Source: Proteromonas lacertae (Eukaryota). From it: a DNA stretch of 64,000 nt. Location of the stretch: positions 62,001 to 126,000 of the forward strand of contig NGBS01000008.1 of assembly GCA_002245135.1 (NCBI GenBank), given 5' to 3'. Position 1 is the stretch's first letter. Each line of letters opens with the position of its first letter. Position numbers and translations under genes: made by a program. Of the stretch, positions 39,547 to 53,500 are shown in pieces. The notes beneath the pieces are model-generated. The model was not told the origin of the DNA, did not search any database, and was given only the letters and a program-made list of their open reading frames with translations.

Positions 39547-42500
39547 TTACTTTTTTTTATTTAAAGGAGGTAATCTTACTGGAGTTTTAGGTCTATCATT
39601 ATTATCATTCTTTTTATTAGATTTAGAAAGGTGTCTCTGATCTATTTTTACTCATATTCGGTTTATTTAGCTTTTTGTCACTTTTATCTACAGAAATAGA
39701 GAGTGGTTGTGGTATAGATACATCAGATTCTTTTGGAGTTTTATCATTCTTCTTGTTGGATTTATCTCTCTTTTTATCCTTTGATTTTTCTTCATTCTTT
39801 GGCTTATTATCATTTTCCTTTGGCTTTTCTTCTTTTGGAGTTTTGTTTTTAGGTTTTTCTTCTTCTTTATTCTCTGAAGGAGGAGGAGCAGGAGGAGTGA
39901 TTGGTTTTGATTGAGGAGTACTGGATCTACTTGCTGCTTTTACACTTCCTCTGTTCTTTTTTGTATTTAAAATACCTTTTGTAGCTGGTGATTTGGGAGT
40001 TTCATTATTATTACTATTACTGTTTGAATTTGGAGTATTACTATTAGCTGTGTTATTATTATTATTATTTCCTTTCTGTTTATTCTTAAACATAGTCTGT
40101 AATAATGATTGAGAATCAGTTGTATTTCCTAAATTAGTAGAAGAACCATTTGAATCATTTCTTTCAGATGGTGTATTAATACTTACAGAAGCTACATTAT
40201 TTCCAGTATCTAATTCACTCTCTGTAGCTTTAGAACCAAATGCTTTTGATACACTACTTAACACTCCCCATTTTGATACTTTTGGTTCTCCATCATCATT
40301 ATTATCAAAGCCTAATGAAGTGGATGATGGTCTTTTCTTACTATCATCTGGTTTGACTTTGTTTGATTTACAACATAATACTTTCTGAAGATAATTGCAT
40401 TGGAATAACGCAGTTTTACCATCCATTGGTCTTGGAGCTATTTATATAATAATAATTATAAATATACAAATAAAATGGCAAATAACAACACCTATAGCCA
40501 TAAATGGAATAATAAATCCTAAAAAATATCCAGTAGGATAATATGGTTCAGTATCACATTCTTCAGGACCTTCTTTGCAATTGGCTTGTGCTGATGCAAT
40601 CAATGAACAACAGTTACACCAAATTAAAGCAGCATTAGTAGCAGCTAAGAAATAATTCATTCCAGTCCTTGCATGAGGAGGCCAACAGATTCCAGTAACA
40701 AATAAAACAATTGCAGTCACTGTATAAACAACACCAGCACCAACATTGCCAGTCTCAGTTACAGAATCAGTAATGGCGATTAATATCTTCATTATAGCAT
40801 CAACGAAGTTATAAGTCATTGTTACTTTAACTAATATATCACTGTATAATGAAAATCGATCTTCACTCCAGGTTGTAAACCAATCAGATGGTCTTAGAAT
40901 ATGTGCCATATATTCAATATCACCATCTATTCGATGAACTCTTGTGCCAATTAATAAGAAAATTACTATCACTACAATTGCAAAGATTATGTAGATAATA
41001 TGAACAGCTGACCAACACTATTATAATATAATATATAATCTTTATACTTCTAATTCTGGAGCTGAACTAATGCCATTATAAGTTGTATAATCTCCAGTTA
41101 CATTATAATTCTCTGATTTTTCATAAAATGTAGCACAATTGAATATTCCAAATAGAATTGATAGAAATGGAATAAATAAAGATGTTGTACAAATCCAAAT
41201 ATAAACTATAAAATAATAATATAATATTATATATATATATATACACCATAATATTTTCTTGATTATTTTCATTCTACTAAACTGTTTAGGTGTAACTGTT
41301 CCATCATCAACTTTTTCTTCATTATCATGTGGAGTCATTCCATCTAATTCATTGGCTTCTACATCAGCTAAACTTGAAAAACTATCAACACTTCCTCGTT
41401 TACTCTTTCTTTTACTAGCAAGAACTGATTTTGATAGGTTGTTCAACATTACTGGTGATTTTTTCGTTGGATTAGATGGTGATGTGGGTGAGAGATTTCC
41501 ACCATCATTATTATCACTTTTATTCTTATTCTTATCATCAGATCTAATAACAATTTTGGGTGTTTTTTCTGGTGGTGGTTTTACTTTCAAATTCAATTCA
41601 TTTGTACTTTCATTCACTGTAAAAGTACTAACAGTTCCACTTTTCAATAATGTAGCATTACTCTTTTCATTTAAATTACGTTTAGATGTAAGCATTTCAC
41701 CTGGTGATTTTGGAGATTTCTTTACTGTAGAAGTTGGAGTATTTGTAGAATTCAAATTCTTTATACTTCTGCTACTTATACCAGATTTATTACTTTTCAT
41801 CATTTTTGATTTTGATCTTCTACTTGATTGATCAGGTCCGTATAAATTACCATACAATTCAATCATCTCAATATCTCTACGATAATTAGGAACATATTGT
41901 TTATAAAGAACAAAGAATAATACAGTTAATGCTAAAATAGTTCCAACTAATTTAACATGATAAAATACAGTAACTGCCATATCAGATCCAAAAATACCAG
42001 CAGCACCTTTACCACCAGTGAAAAATCCAATAACAACAGACATAAAATCACTATAACTTAAAAAAGGATAAGATAATAATTGACAAAAACTTATCACTAA
42101 TTGAATTAAACCAATCAAAGTATCTTTTGGCCTACTTTTAAACTCTCTTTCAGTTGTATTCATTTGCATATGTGTTTGTAATACACTTCCATCACTACTG
42201 GCAGTCCAAAGGAATGTATTTCCTGTTACTTGAATTGCATTAATATTGTCACCATGAGGATTAAATGATCTTAACATCTAAATATAACAATAAAAAACAA
42301 TTAAAATATAATATATTATTATACCCTATCTTTCTTTGTATCTAGTACATGAACATAATTATCTTCTTTCACTGTATAATACAATAAATGAGCACAGGTT
42401 TTATATGTCACTAATGTTCCTTCTGTAATTGGTTTTTCAGATGTCACAACATTTCCAGATTCAGGATCCATTGTGAGAAATGTTCCATCATCACAGATCA

Positions 42501-43900
42501 TATATAATTGACGTTGTTTTGTGAATTCTAATTTCTTTACTGTCTTTTTAATTCGAATTCTATATTAAAATATAAAAGAATAAGATATATATATACAATC
42601 TTTCAGTTTTTCCTTCCATATTAAACACTCTTCCTGTTTGATCTGCACAACAACTGTACAAACATTCCTTCGTCATATCTTTACGATGATAAAGTGCTAA
42701 AACAGCTTTCTATTTATTATAAATAATTAATAAATAATAATAATATACAGTCAAACCACTGAACAATTGCATTTGTTGTGTTGATATAAGATTCAATCTA
42801 TAAATTGGTCCACTAGAAGTTCCAATGAAAATTGACTTTGTCTTTGGAGATACATGATAACAAGTAACATCTCTATATATATATAATAAAATAATAATAT
42901 ATAAATATTTATACTTGGCTTTACTATATTTTCTAAACAAAGCACCTGTCAATAAATTATGACAATTTATATTACCATCATTACCAATTGAGAATAAATA
43001 TGGATGATTATTAATAAATAATATCTCCATCTATTTATATTTATATTTAATAATAATAATAATATTATATATTTATACACTTTTAACTCCACCATGATGT
43101 GGTGTAAATTTCTTCATACATTGACAAGTCAATATTTGATATTGTCTAATATCACCATCTTCACCACAAGTAAATAACCAATAAGGTTGTTTACTTTTAT
43201 CCAACGTATTTATATGACTACAATAATGATAAGACTTATCAGTTACTATCATATCAGTGATTGGACCTTTATGACCTTGGAATAACATTGCACTGAATTC
43301 TCTCCATTTTACACTAAACCATTGTTTAATAGATGATTTTTCTTCCATGTCACTGTTATTATCTTCTCCATCTGTTGATATTGTGGCGGAATCTTTGTCT
43401 TTGTCTTTTTTATTAGGTGTTTTGGGTGATTTGGGTGTTTTGGGTGTTTTTGGAGTTTTTTCTGTATTTTCTGGTTCTGGTGTTGTTGTTTTGGTTGATA
43501 TCCATTTTCTAAATGATGAAAAAGTGCCCTGTTTTTCTAATGGCTGTGGTTCTGGAGTATTAGGTTTTGAAGTATCATTCTTTTGTGAAGTTGATGAACG
43601 AGTGGATGATGCTGTGGTTGGTCTTGATTTTGGTGCTGTAACTGGTCTTTTGGGAGGTTTATTATCATTGGAGTTAGGATTATCTAAAATATATTCTCTT
43701 ATGATTGTACTTCTATCATTTGGGGTTTGTGATCGAGATGCTGGAGTAGATTTGGATTTTGTGTTCGTTGTAGATTGTTCTATTGACAAAATCAATTCAC
43801 AGATAATACTTTTTGCTGGCGTGGTGGATCTAGATGGTGTATTACCATCTGATGATTTACTATTACTATTTGCTGGTTTGATTTTCTTTCCTGGTGGCAT
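39547..43900 (-). CDS. WD40-repeat plus multi-pass transmembrane protein with low-complexity S/T/K/P-rich termini (multi-exon)
   Basis: GHKGPITDM..LFTCGEDGDIRQY, LFSIGNDGNINCH and LWTASSDGSV WD repeats, followed by about 7 or more hydrophobic segments; C-terminal RLPPL. Confidence 0.7.
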
Positions 43901-43990
43901 ATTCTAAACCAAAACGCTTTTTTTAAATAATGAAATGACTATATTTTTAATAACTGTCCAAAATAAAAACAAAAAGCAAATGGCTTGATA

Positions 43991-44734
43991 TTACTTTAAA
44001 AATATTACTTTAGAATAATCTCTCTTACCAAATATAGCACTTCCAACTCTAATATTGGTACTTCCAAATTTAATCGCACTTTCCCAGTCAGCTGACATTC
44101 CCATACTCAATGTTAGTGAGTCAGAACTAACATTAAGGTCTTTTACTAACTTTTCATTAATTTCAGCTAATTTCTCAAAAAATTGATCTGCAACTACGTC
44201 ATATTGACCTATAGTCATTAAACCACAAAATTTCAATTTCTCACATTTTGATATTATATGTTTTGATATTGTACTAACTTCTTCTTCACCACAACCTGAT
44301 TTTTGAGCTTCATTACTTGTATTTACTTGAACTAACACATTAAGTGGTGGTAAGTCATTTCTAATTTGACCACATACTTTGTTTAATTTATCGGCTAATT
44401 TTATAGAATCTACACTTTCAACCATGAATAACTTTGGACAGGCTTGCAATAATGTTTTACATTTATTAGTTTGTAAATGACCAATCATATGCCATCTTAT
44501 ATCATCTGGTAATTGTGGGTATTTTGATTTTAATTCCTGAACATAATTTTCACCAAAATCTCTATGTCCTAAATCATATAATTCTTTAATCATTTCAACT
44601 GGTTTTGTTTTACTAACAGCAACTAGAGTAGGCTTTAAAATAAAACAAAAATATACTACAGGCTTTCCATATAGTTTTGCAACTTCTATCATTCGTTTTT
44701 GAACTGCTTGATATGCTTTTGCTATCTGAGACAT
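43991..44734 (-). CDS. PLPBP: Pyridoxal phosphate homeostasis protein (YggS/PROSC); in-frame 27-nt intron at 44633-44659
   Basis: LVAVSKTKP, FGENYVQEL, WHMIGHLQTNK, GLMTIG and LSMGMSADWESAIKFGSTNIRVGSAIFG. Confidence 0.95.
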   Translation of the reverse strand: MSQIAKAYQAVQKRMIEVAKLYGKPVVYFCFILKPTLVAVSKTKPVEMIKELYDLGHRDFGENYVQELKSKYPQLPDDIRWHMIGHLQTNKCKTLLQACPKLFMVESVDSIKLADKLNKVCGQIRNDLPPLNVLVQVNTSNEAQKSGCGEEEVSTISKHIISKCEKLKFCGLMTIGQYDVVADQFFEKLAEINEKLVKDLNVSSDSLTLSMGMSADWESAIKFGSTNIRVGSAIFGKRDYSKVIFLK

Positions 44735-44766
44735 CTTAGTTATGAAGAAAATCTAAATTAAAAAGT

Positions 44767-44778
44767 CAAGCCGGCTTG
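44767..44778. promoter_or_regulatory. Perfect palindrome CAAGCCGGCTTG in the 64-bp bidirectional promoter between PLPBP and RRP46
   Basis: A 12-bp GC-rich palindrome lies between the divergent ATGs at 44734 and 44799. The half-site TCAAGCCG recurs in the RFK/DENR divergent promoter. Confidence 0.45.
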
Positions 44779-44798
44779 TTTAGTTATTAATCATTTTC

Positions 44799-45597
44799 AT
44801 GGAATCTACACCGTTACAGAGAGTAAAAGGTCGTTTACCTAATCAATTGAGGGAAATTTCATGTGAACAAGGTATTATCACAAGAGCAGATGGATCAGCT
44901 CGTTTGATAACAGGTATTTTATAGTTGTGCATCGAATTAGATAAAACAAAAATAATAGTTGGAATATATGGACCATTAAAAACTACATATTCAAAAGATG
45001 AAGATTCTGAAAATGCTGTGTTGAATGTAATTTATAGAAAACAAAAAGGACAAGCTGGTATTAATATATAATATCATAAAATTGCTTAAATATATATATA
45101 GGAACAGCAGAAAGTGAGAAACAACAATTCATTAAGAAAACATTCGAAGATGCAATATTTCGCAGTCTATATCCTAGAATGGAAATAACTATTGATATTC
45201 AAGTACTATCTGATGATGGTTCAACACTTGCTGCAGCTATTAACGCTGTACAATTAGCTTTAATGAATTCTGGGATATCAATGAAGTATATGGTAGCTGC
45301 TCTGTCAATGTGTTATAAATATGATCAATTGTATTTGGATCCATCTTTAAGTGAAGAACAAGTATTATTTATGATATTCACTTTTTTTTCTAATAGAATA
45401 CAAATGGAGGTGGTGTATTTGTAATTCCATCGAATGATAATGATTCATTGAGTAGTTGTATGACATATGGTCTGTTGAATAAGGAAGATTTCTTTCAAAT
45501 GTTTGATGCTGCAGTAATGTATATAAAAATCTTATCATCTTGTTTATATAGAGGAGTACAGAAATATTTTGAATTTTATCGTTTATGTATTCATTAA
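44799..45597 (+). CDS. RRP46: Exosome RNase PH-like subunit Rrp46
   Basis: LREISCEQGIITRADGSA, IYGP, YPRMEITIDIQVLSDDGSTLAAAINA and DPSLSEE; four short introns. Confidence 0.85.
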
Positions 45598-45673
45598 TAA
45601 TGTTGTTTTGTTGTTTTTTAAATTTGTGGTTATCGAAAATATTTTCAAATTTAAATTGAATTTTTGCTTTTTT

Positions 45674-46651
45674 ATGACAGCTATATCGATTATAATACTT
45701 GTAATGTTAGGGTCTATGGTTATTGTGCTTTTATTAAGCATGCCATATATGTTTAGTTCTACTGTCGTGCCTGTGAAGAAAAGTCAATCTCAGATTTGTA
45801 GTTTATATTCTAAAAGAGTTAAATCGTCATTCAATGTATGTAGTAGTTATTTTAAAGAGCATTATTATCAATTTGATTCACAATCTGGACATTTGTTTAA
45901 TGACTTGTCAATTAGAAAGAAATTCCTACCTGTTATTAAAAATATTTTTCCTTATATTAAAAATAATTATATAATTTTAGATGTTGGAACTGATAAGGGA
46001 AAAGATACACAAATGTTAAAAACATTCTATCCTTCAAACCTTATATATTCATTTGAACCATGTAAAACTAAATATGAAAATATGTTAAATCGGTTAAAAG
46101 AATATGGTTCAATAATATCATTGAATTATGGAATAGGAAATACAAATTCAACTAAATATTATAAAAATGATAAAATATCTCCTAAAAATGAAGTAAAAGA
46201 GAAGAATTTCAATGAAGCGCAATTTACAACAATCGATTTATTCTTAAATAAAACAAGTATAAGAATAAAATATATTTGAATAGGAATATATGATGATGTA
46301 TTTTTATTAAAAATTGATGTAAATGGATATGAAAATGAAGTGTTGGAAGGTGCTAATAGTCTATTATCAAGTAGTAAGATTCATATGATTTATTATACAT
46401 ATTATAAAAGCGAATGTAAAGTGAATCATAATGAAATATTAAATAAACTTGAAAGTTATGGTTTTAATAACTATTTGATAGGAAATCCAACAATAATCAG
46501 AATATTTGAAGATTGTAAAGAGATAGTAGAAAGATTGGAAGTAATTCATATATTATCAATAAAAGGAAATGTAAAATATAAAGAAAGTGAATTAATACAA
46601 AAATATGTAAGAAACAATTGTGAATATATTAATTTATCTCCTCATATTTAA
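45674..46651 (+). CDS. FkbM-family SAM methyltransferase with N-terminal membrane anchor
   Basis: ILDVGTDKG, YSFEP and LLKIDVNGYENEVLEG motifs; one short intron near 46257-46283. Confidence 0.75.
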
Positions 46652-46807
46652 ATGTTTTGTTATTTTTTCTTTTTCAAAACAATAATAACTCTAACTATTT
46701 AATTATTAAACAATTCTGGTTATAAATTTACTTTCGCCAATTATTCAAATTTTCTTTATCAATCAATTCATTACAAAACAAACATTACAAAACAAATATC
46801 AAATAAA

Positions 46808-49800
46808 TTAACTCATTTTTCTCTTCTTCTTTTGACTTTGACTTTCAGTTGTAGTTTCTACTTCATTATTCTCAAATACTTCTATTTCACTTCGATAATT
46901 TAATAAATCTTTCATGTATAACGAATAAAACTGTATTTCCATATTCTTGATGTCTTATACTCTCATAATTAGCTAAAATTACTCTATTAAAGATATAACA
47001 TTGATATATATATTTAATATACATATATTACTTTACTACTTTGACTGAATATATAAACTCAAATTCTATTGTACATTATAACATTACAATTTAATAATAA
47101 TAAATACATCTTTAATGAAGAATCTATTTTGTTGATTTGGTGTTTCATTCCTAAATCCACATAATATTCATTAAATTCTTCAGCATTTATCAATTCTATA
47201 CTGTTCAAATATATTATCACTTCTTTCAAACTATGATTATAAACTCCTATTGGTTTTTCATTTTTACAATTCTTACAGAATATTGGACTGAAAATACATT
47301 CATCTTTCACATCATAAACACTATAACAACTATCACTTTCATCTTCTTCATCACTATAAAATGGAATATAAGGATCAGATATATTTGGGCATTTATTTAC
47401 TTCTAAACTACTGAATAATTCAACTGGAAATAATTCACTTGGATATTTTATTACAAATAATTTTTGTTTTTTACGTTTCTTTAGAAATGTCGTAAATAGT
47501 TGAATTATGTAATGATTATTACAAGAATTATTTTCTTCGATTTCTTCGATCTTACTATCTTCACTTCTTATTTCGATTGATTTATGACAATTCACACATT
47601 TGAAGGGATAGAGATTGGAAATTATTTCTTCTTTCATTGGAGAAGTTGATAAAGAATTACATATTGGAGATTCTATTACAGATGATTCTCGTTTTCTTTT
47701 CAATGGAGTATCTGTAGATGGAGTTAGAGATGATGAAGATAAAGATAAAGATAAAGATAATGATGATTTATCTTTTAACATTTCATTTTCGACTTTTTCT
47801 TTTTCAACTTTCTTCATTTCTTCTATCTCTTTTATTACTTCGAAGTAAAATTTATCTAATTCATTCAAAACTCCATCTACTTCACCATAATTCAATAAAT
47901 ATTTACTATACCATTTACTTAACATCTTCTCATATTGAATTTCATTATATCGCTTATCTATTAAGATTATTGAACCATAATCATATTTATGTCGAATACA
48001 TCGACCAACAGCTTGATTTATTGTTCGAAAGGCATCTTGACTATACCAATCTCGAGATCCTAAACTATTTCTTTTCTTTCTCATCATATCATCTTGATAT
48101 TTCAATTTCAATGATACATCATAACTTCCATAGTTTTGATAAGGAATTCCTATCGCTATTACACTTCGACAATAATTATCACTAAAATCTATTCCTTCAC
48201 TCACTTTACCTCGATATACTGCAAATAAAATTGATCCACTTCGGTTCTTATTATTTCCATAAATATCACAAAGACTATCTCGATATTCATTTATCATCTT
48301 ATTAAAACTTTTTCCACCATTTTTACTCTCAAAGAAAATGGTTTTGATTTTATCAATTTCATTATATAGTTTTGTGTTTTCCCAACGAACTTTCATTTCG
48401 TCTAAAGATTTGTAAGATGGAACAAAACATAATACACCTTCAGGAATATGATTTATTAGTTTTAAAATTGTATTTCCTATTGCATCGATATATCCAAAAC
48501 TATGAATATTTTCTTTTGTTCCTAATAATGGCATATTTTTATAACTACTGATTGATAAAACTCGCAATTGTTTACTAGTATTTATTACATGTTGAGATTC
48601 TAAGGTTATTCCGAAATTACAATCTAATTCACTTTTAAATGTTGATAAAGGAGCTAATGTTCCTGATGCTAAGATTATACTATAGCATTTACTACTCAAA
48701 TCATTAAATAATACACAAGGATCCATACACAATATTTGAAATGATAATTCAATTCTTTTATTTACTATACTATATTTATTATCAACTACTAATCTAAAAC
48801 ATTCCACATATTCAATTTTGTATAAATATTTAAATATTGTTGCAATCTTTTCGATAAAACATAATGCTTCATTTCCTATCATATTGTAAGATAATTCTTC
48901 TTTACTTGGAATTTTAGATTTATTATTTGTTATATCTTTTGGAGGTTCAATCTTATTTAAAGCATTCATTATTATGTAATAATTACTACCATTCAATTCA
49001 CACCAATTTTCAAACATTTCTAATATCTCATAACCACTTAAAATCACATTATCTTTCTTATATATTTCATTTTTCATCCATTTACAAAGATTATTTATAA
49101 AATTGTATAATAAATGATAATCATACATTGGATAATCATCACTGGAATATTTGTTGATTGATAATAGAAATCGATCTTTCATTTTTAACATTTCATTACA
49201 TAAATATTCACATGATAAACATTCTCGACAATTGGAACAGATATTGTGAGCTTCATCAAAGATTATTATACTATTCTATTTAACATATTATATATTCATT
49301 AATATTTTATACTTCTATATTCACTGTTTCTCTTCGATATATTGGATCTATTACATAATTGTATGGACAAAATATTATTTCAGCATTTGTATAAAGTTCT
49401 CTGGCAGTATTAAATAGTATTAAAGAAATTATTATTTATTAACATAAGTTAAAAAAGGTATAAATATGGACATTCTTTACATTCTTTTCCTATTTTTACT
49501 AACTCTTCTATATCAAATCCATGATTATATTCATTAGATAATCTTTCATATATCTTTTTACTTTTCTTCTTATATTCACATTCTTCTATTTATCATTATT
49601 AATCATTATTATTTATATTATTATACCATTCTTCAATAAATTCAAACAAAATTCATTTTTATCTACTTTCTTCGCTTTTGGATGTATACATGTATGTTCT
49701 CGAGATGATAATACTGTCATTTTCACTTTGCTTGAATAAGGAGTACGTTTAAATTCTTTTATAACTTGTTTTATTTGAGAATGAGTTCTGGTTAAATAGA

Positions 49801-50257
49801 ATATTTGATGTTTGAATTCTTTCACTGTTTCTGGGGTTTCTGGAGTTAAATATGCATTTTCCATTTCATATTTCATTGGTATGGGAATTTTATCTTCTAT
49901 TCTAAGTGAATTTTCTAAATCTGAGTAATAATTTAGATTATTCGTTTCATTTGAAGCGTTTGAGTTTATTGAATATATCTGTAATTTTTGAACTGTTTCT
50001 AATATACTTGTTGGGGAATTCTCTTTCTTTTCTTTTAATTCTTTATCTATCTCTTTCAAATTATTCTCACGGGTTTCTACATACCAAGATAAAACAGAAC
50101 TAAGTATTGATAATGTTTTACCTGTTCCAGTTGGTGATTCTATCAAAGCATGTTCTTTTCTCTTAAGTGCTGTTATAATTTTATTCATGACAGCTATCTG
50201 AGCTGGAAATGGTTTAATATTTTCTGGTAATTCAACTCTAAATCCATTTATTTTCAT
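46808..50257 (-). CDS. FANCJ/RTEL1-like Fe-S DNA helicase, copy A; C-terminal tail frameshifted
   Basis: ESPTGTGKT, TRTHSQ, CPY..REL, DEAHN, LASGTLAP, AVYRGKVSEGIDF and QAVGRCIRHKYDYG. A 1-nt deletion near 47113 relative to copy B gives an early stop. Confidence 0.85.
49407..49461 (-). other. Putative U12-type intron (AT-AC, or AT-AA ending at 49410) in helicase copy A
   Basis: 5' ATACCTTTT, branch TTCTTTAAT, end TTTAA/TAC. Removal restores CPYF(T)ARELYTNAEIIFCPYNY; retention gives an in-frame stop. Confidence 0.8.
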
Positions 50258-50273
50258 TTTTATGATTTGGTGG

Positions 50274-50288
50274 TTTTTCGCGCCAAAA
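50274..50288. promoter_or_regulatory. E2F-like binding site TTTTTCGCGCCAAAA upstream of helicase copy A
   Basis: Matches the TTTSSCGC E2F consensus on both strands, 17-30 bp upstream of the ATG of a DNA repair/replication helicase. Confidence 0.6.
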
Positions 50289-50361
50289 TCAGTATTTCAA
50301 AAGCAAATGATGAAATTGGTATAATAATGTTATTACTCACTTATTCATATTAAATTTATAA

Positions 50362-50426
50362 TAGATGAAGAAAAAATATATCACCTAACCACTCAAGATT
50401 AAGAATATCACCAGAACCTATTCTTC
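50362..50426 (-). pseudogene. Degenerate remnant of the 3' end of the Ser/Thr kinase gene at 58142
   Basis: TAGATGAAGAAAA..TCACCTAACCA.TCA.GATTAAGAATATCAC aligns with 58128-58191. Confidence 0.8.
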
Positions 50427-50555
50427 ATTTAATCTGTATATTATTTATGTTGTTGTTTAAACCAAATGAACAATCTATATTGATTAATAAAGTATAAGAG
50501 TTAATCAATTATTAAAATTCAATAATAAGAATAAAATGAATGTAATAATAGAATA

Positions 50556-53500
50556 TTACATCATTTGAACCATGTTTTGACATCCTTCTCCACTAAATCC
50601 ATCAAAACATTCACAAACACCTGTTAAGTAATTACAAATACCTCTTCCACTACAATCTCGATATTCATCACTTCCTGGTGTTCCATTTGTTGCTTCTTCT
50701 GGATCTATACCAGATGGACATTCAATTAAACTACAATCATATCCACGATGTCTTTTATCACATAAACAACCAAATATTTGATCATTAAATTCAACATTTT
50801 TATCATTTGTTCGTTTATTTCCATAACCTTTATAATCTTTCAATTCTTCATTTGATAATAATTCACTCAAAGCAACACATCGACCATTTCCATTACAGTT
50901 ATTTGGACAATCTAATCTTTGACAAGCACTTCCACTAAATCCATCATAACATTTACAAATGCCACTATTTCTATCACATATTCCTTGACCACTACATTCT
51001 ATTGGAGCATGAGTTGATCCTTCTGATGTAAAATCTAATTCAACTATTAAATTGGAAGCAGGATCTAATGATCTTAATCTTCCTTCAGTCTTCTTTAATA
51101 CATCTGGTATAGATAATTGACTTGATAAATAGATTTTGAATCTTTTTTTATCATCATTATTTTCTACTTTTAATATTTGAGATGATTGAGTATAATCTGT
51201 TTTTCCTGAAATAATAAATCTGAATGTAACTGTTGTTCCTGCATATAGCATCTTCTTAGATTCAACACCAATATATGAAGGAGGAATTTCAAATGAAGGA
51301 TTTTCATTTTCATTCAATTTGAATAAATTCATTTTATCTGATGAATCACTTTCACCTTTTGTAACAAATGCAGCAATACTATATACTGTTGATACACTTC
51401 CATCTTCTTTTTTCATTTCTTCACTTCTACCTGTTGTACTATCTATCTTCATTTTACCAAAATAATAATCATTACTTTCTTTTCGAACTAAATCCCATAA
51501 ATCACTTTCTTCAATCTTTATATCTTTTCCATTTACATCACTTAATAAATAACATATATCTTCATTATTTGGTTTCTTTTCACCATTAAATGTTATTTTC
51601 AAATCATATAATGATGATCCACTTTGTTTTACATTGGATAACACTACATCATAAAATGACATTATTCTTTTATCAACATCAGCAGATGGAGAATAACAAA
51701 TCATTTTCTTCTTACCATAAGAATATCCACTTTCACTTAATATTGTGCCGTATCCACTCATTGTTATATAATTCTTACTATTGTCATATACTACTGGATT
51801 ATAAAGTGTCATATCTCTTCGAGATGATAATATTTTACAACTAACAATTTTATCAATATTATCTTTTGATTGTTTATTTTCAAATTGATAAAATCCACCT
51901 AAAATTTCATTTCCACTCTTTATTACTCCTTTTACATCTACTATTTCAGTAGTTTTATCTTCTCTTTTACATTGTAATTTACCTCCAATTATTGATAAAC
52001 TATTCAATAATCCTTCACCCACAAAATTACTGATTTTATATAAATATTTACTCTCATCAATTGATATTACAGTTGGTGATTTTGGTGGAGGAGTTGTTGG
52101 TGTTTCAGTTGGTATTTCTTCTGATAAATATATCACATAATATGGAGAATAATTAGTGATTGTTTCTTCAGTAGAAATCTCTATTTTACCATCTTCAGTA
52201 GCAGTAGTAGTTACTTTAAATTGAACAAATATTTCATCAAATGTTTTTGTATTAATCATTTTCAAAAAGAATTTACTATTTTTTTGTAATTTTTCATCAA
52301 TAATTTTCTTTACATCAGTATTTGTATAATCATTTACTGTTAATGTAAATGACGGTGTTGGTATTGATGGTGGTGATGATAAATCAATTGTGCTTTCTTT
52401 ACTTAATACAATAACATCAGAACCATCTGATTGTCTCTTATCTAATACTGTTTTATCTCCTACTATAAATTCACCATAATAATACTTATTATCACTACTC
52501 ACTTTTATTCTATTTCCAATTTCACTATTCGGTAAATCTTTTAACTCTAGTGATGATGGTGTAGTAGTGAATTTATTCAATAAATAACAAAAATAAGTGC
52601 CTTCATCAGAGATTGATGTAGGATCAGTAAAAGAAGTAAAAGTAATAACATCATCGGCTATAGTAAATGTTGCTGTATATTTTATTACTTCTTTATCTTT
52701 ACTCATCATATTGAAACATGCAAAATTTGCTGTAGTTGTAATTCCATATAAACTAAATAATGAACCATAATAATTCCATGTCATTGTTATCGATCCTGAT
52801 GCTGGTATTGTAAATGTTGTTGGATTTAATAAAGTCAAATCTTTTCTCACATATGAAGCTTCATAGCAATCCAATTCTGATATTTCAATATTATCTATAG
52901 TAGATTCAAAATAACTGAAGAATATTATTTTATCATTTCTAGCAATTCCTTTTATATCAATTTCAATACCATCTGCATTGCCTTCATAATGACATTTTAA
53001 TATTCCACCTTCATTATTAAACGAAGCTAATAAACTATCATAAAAATAATATGCTTTGTATGTTGATCCTTTCTTCTCAATTACTGTAGTTGGTGGTGGT
53101 GTTAATTCACTTATTGGATATGTTCTTATATATGGCATTATTATACCAGTTTCAGATGCTACTTCAATTTCATTAGCTTTCTCTATTTTAACAACTATTT
53201 CTTTGAATAATCCATTCTCTAATACTGTTGCATATACTTCTCTATTAATACCAAAATACATTTTAACTTTCTCATCAGTGATAGTAAGTGTAATGGCATT
53301 ATCAGTTTTTATGCCAGTAGTAACAACAGCAACTGGATAATCACCTTCTGTCTTTATTTCTACATCTGAAGTAGCTGTTTTATATTTACCAATTTTATAA
53401 CCGCTACTTTCATCTCCTCTCATATTTTCAAATGCTTCTGAATATTTTATATCAATTGGTCCATCATCATTCATTATACATAAACACACACTATCTACAG

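Larger units (their letters stand above)
46745..50426. repeat. Segmental duplication copy A (direct repeat of 54505-58191)
   Basis: Both copies begin TCAAATTTTCTTTATCAATCAATTCATT and end in the 3' end of the kinase gene; offset ~7.76 kb. Confidence 0.9.

Noticed and set aside
41259..43907. Long + strand ORFs 41259-41831 and 43347-43907 (also 39675-39914)
   Set aside because: Antisense shadows of low-complexity S/T/K/P coding sequence on the minus strand.
43970..44010. Polyadenylation-created stop codon in PLPBP
   Set aside because: A genomic TAA follows a few codons after the conserved end, so no missing stop needs explaining.
45058..45101. Possible GT-AG U12 intron in RRP46 (TGCTTAAA branch-like sequence)
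   Set aside because: The 5' site GTATTAAT does not match GTATCCTT and is indistinguishable from ordinary AT-rich introns.
45569..45673. N-terminal extension of the FkbM ORF overlapping RRP46
   Set aside because: TTG start lying in the RRP46 last exon and 3' flank. ATG 45674 is more plausible.
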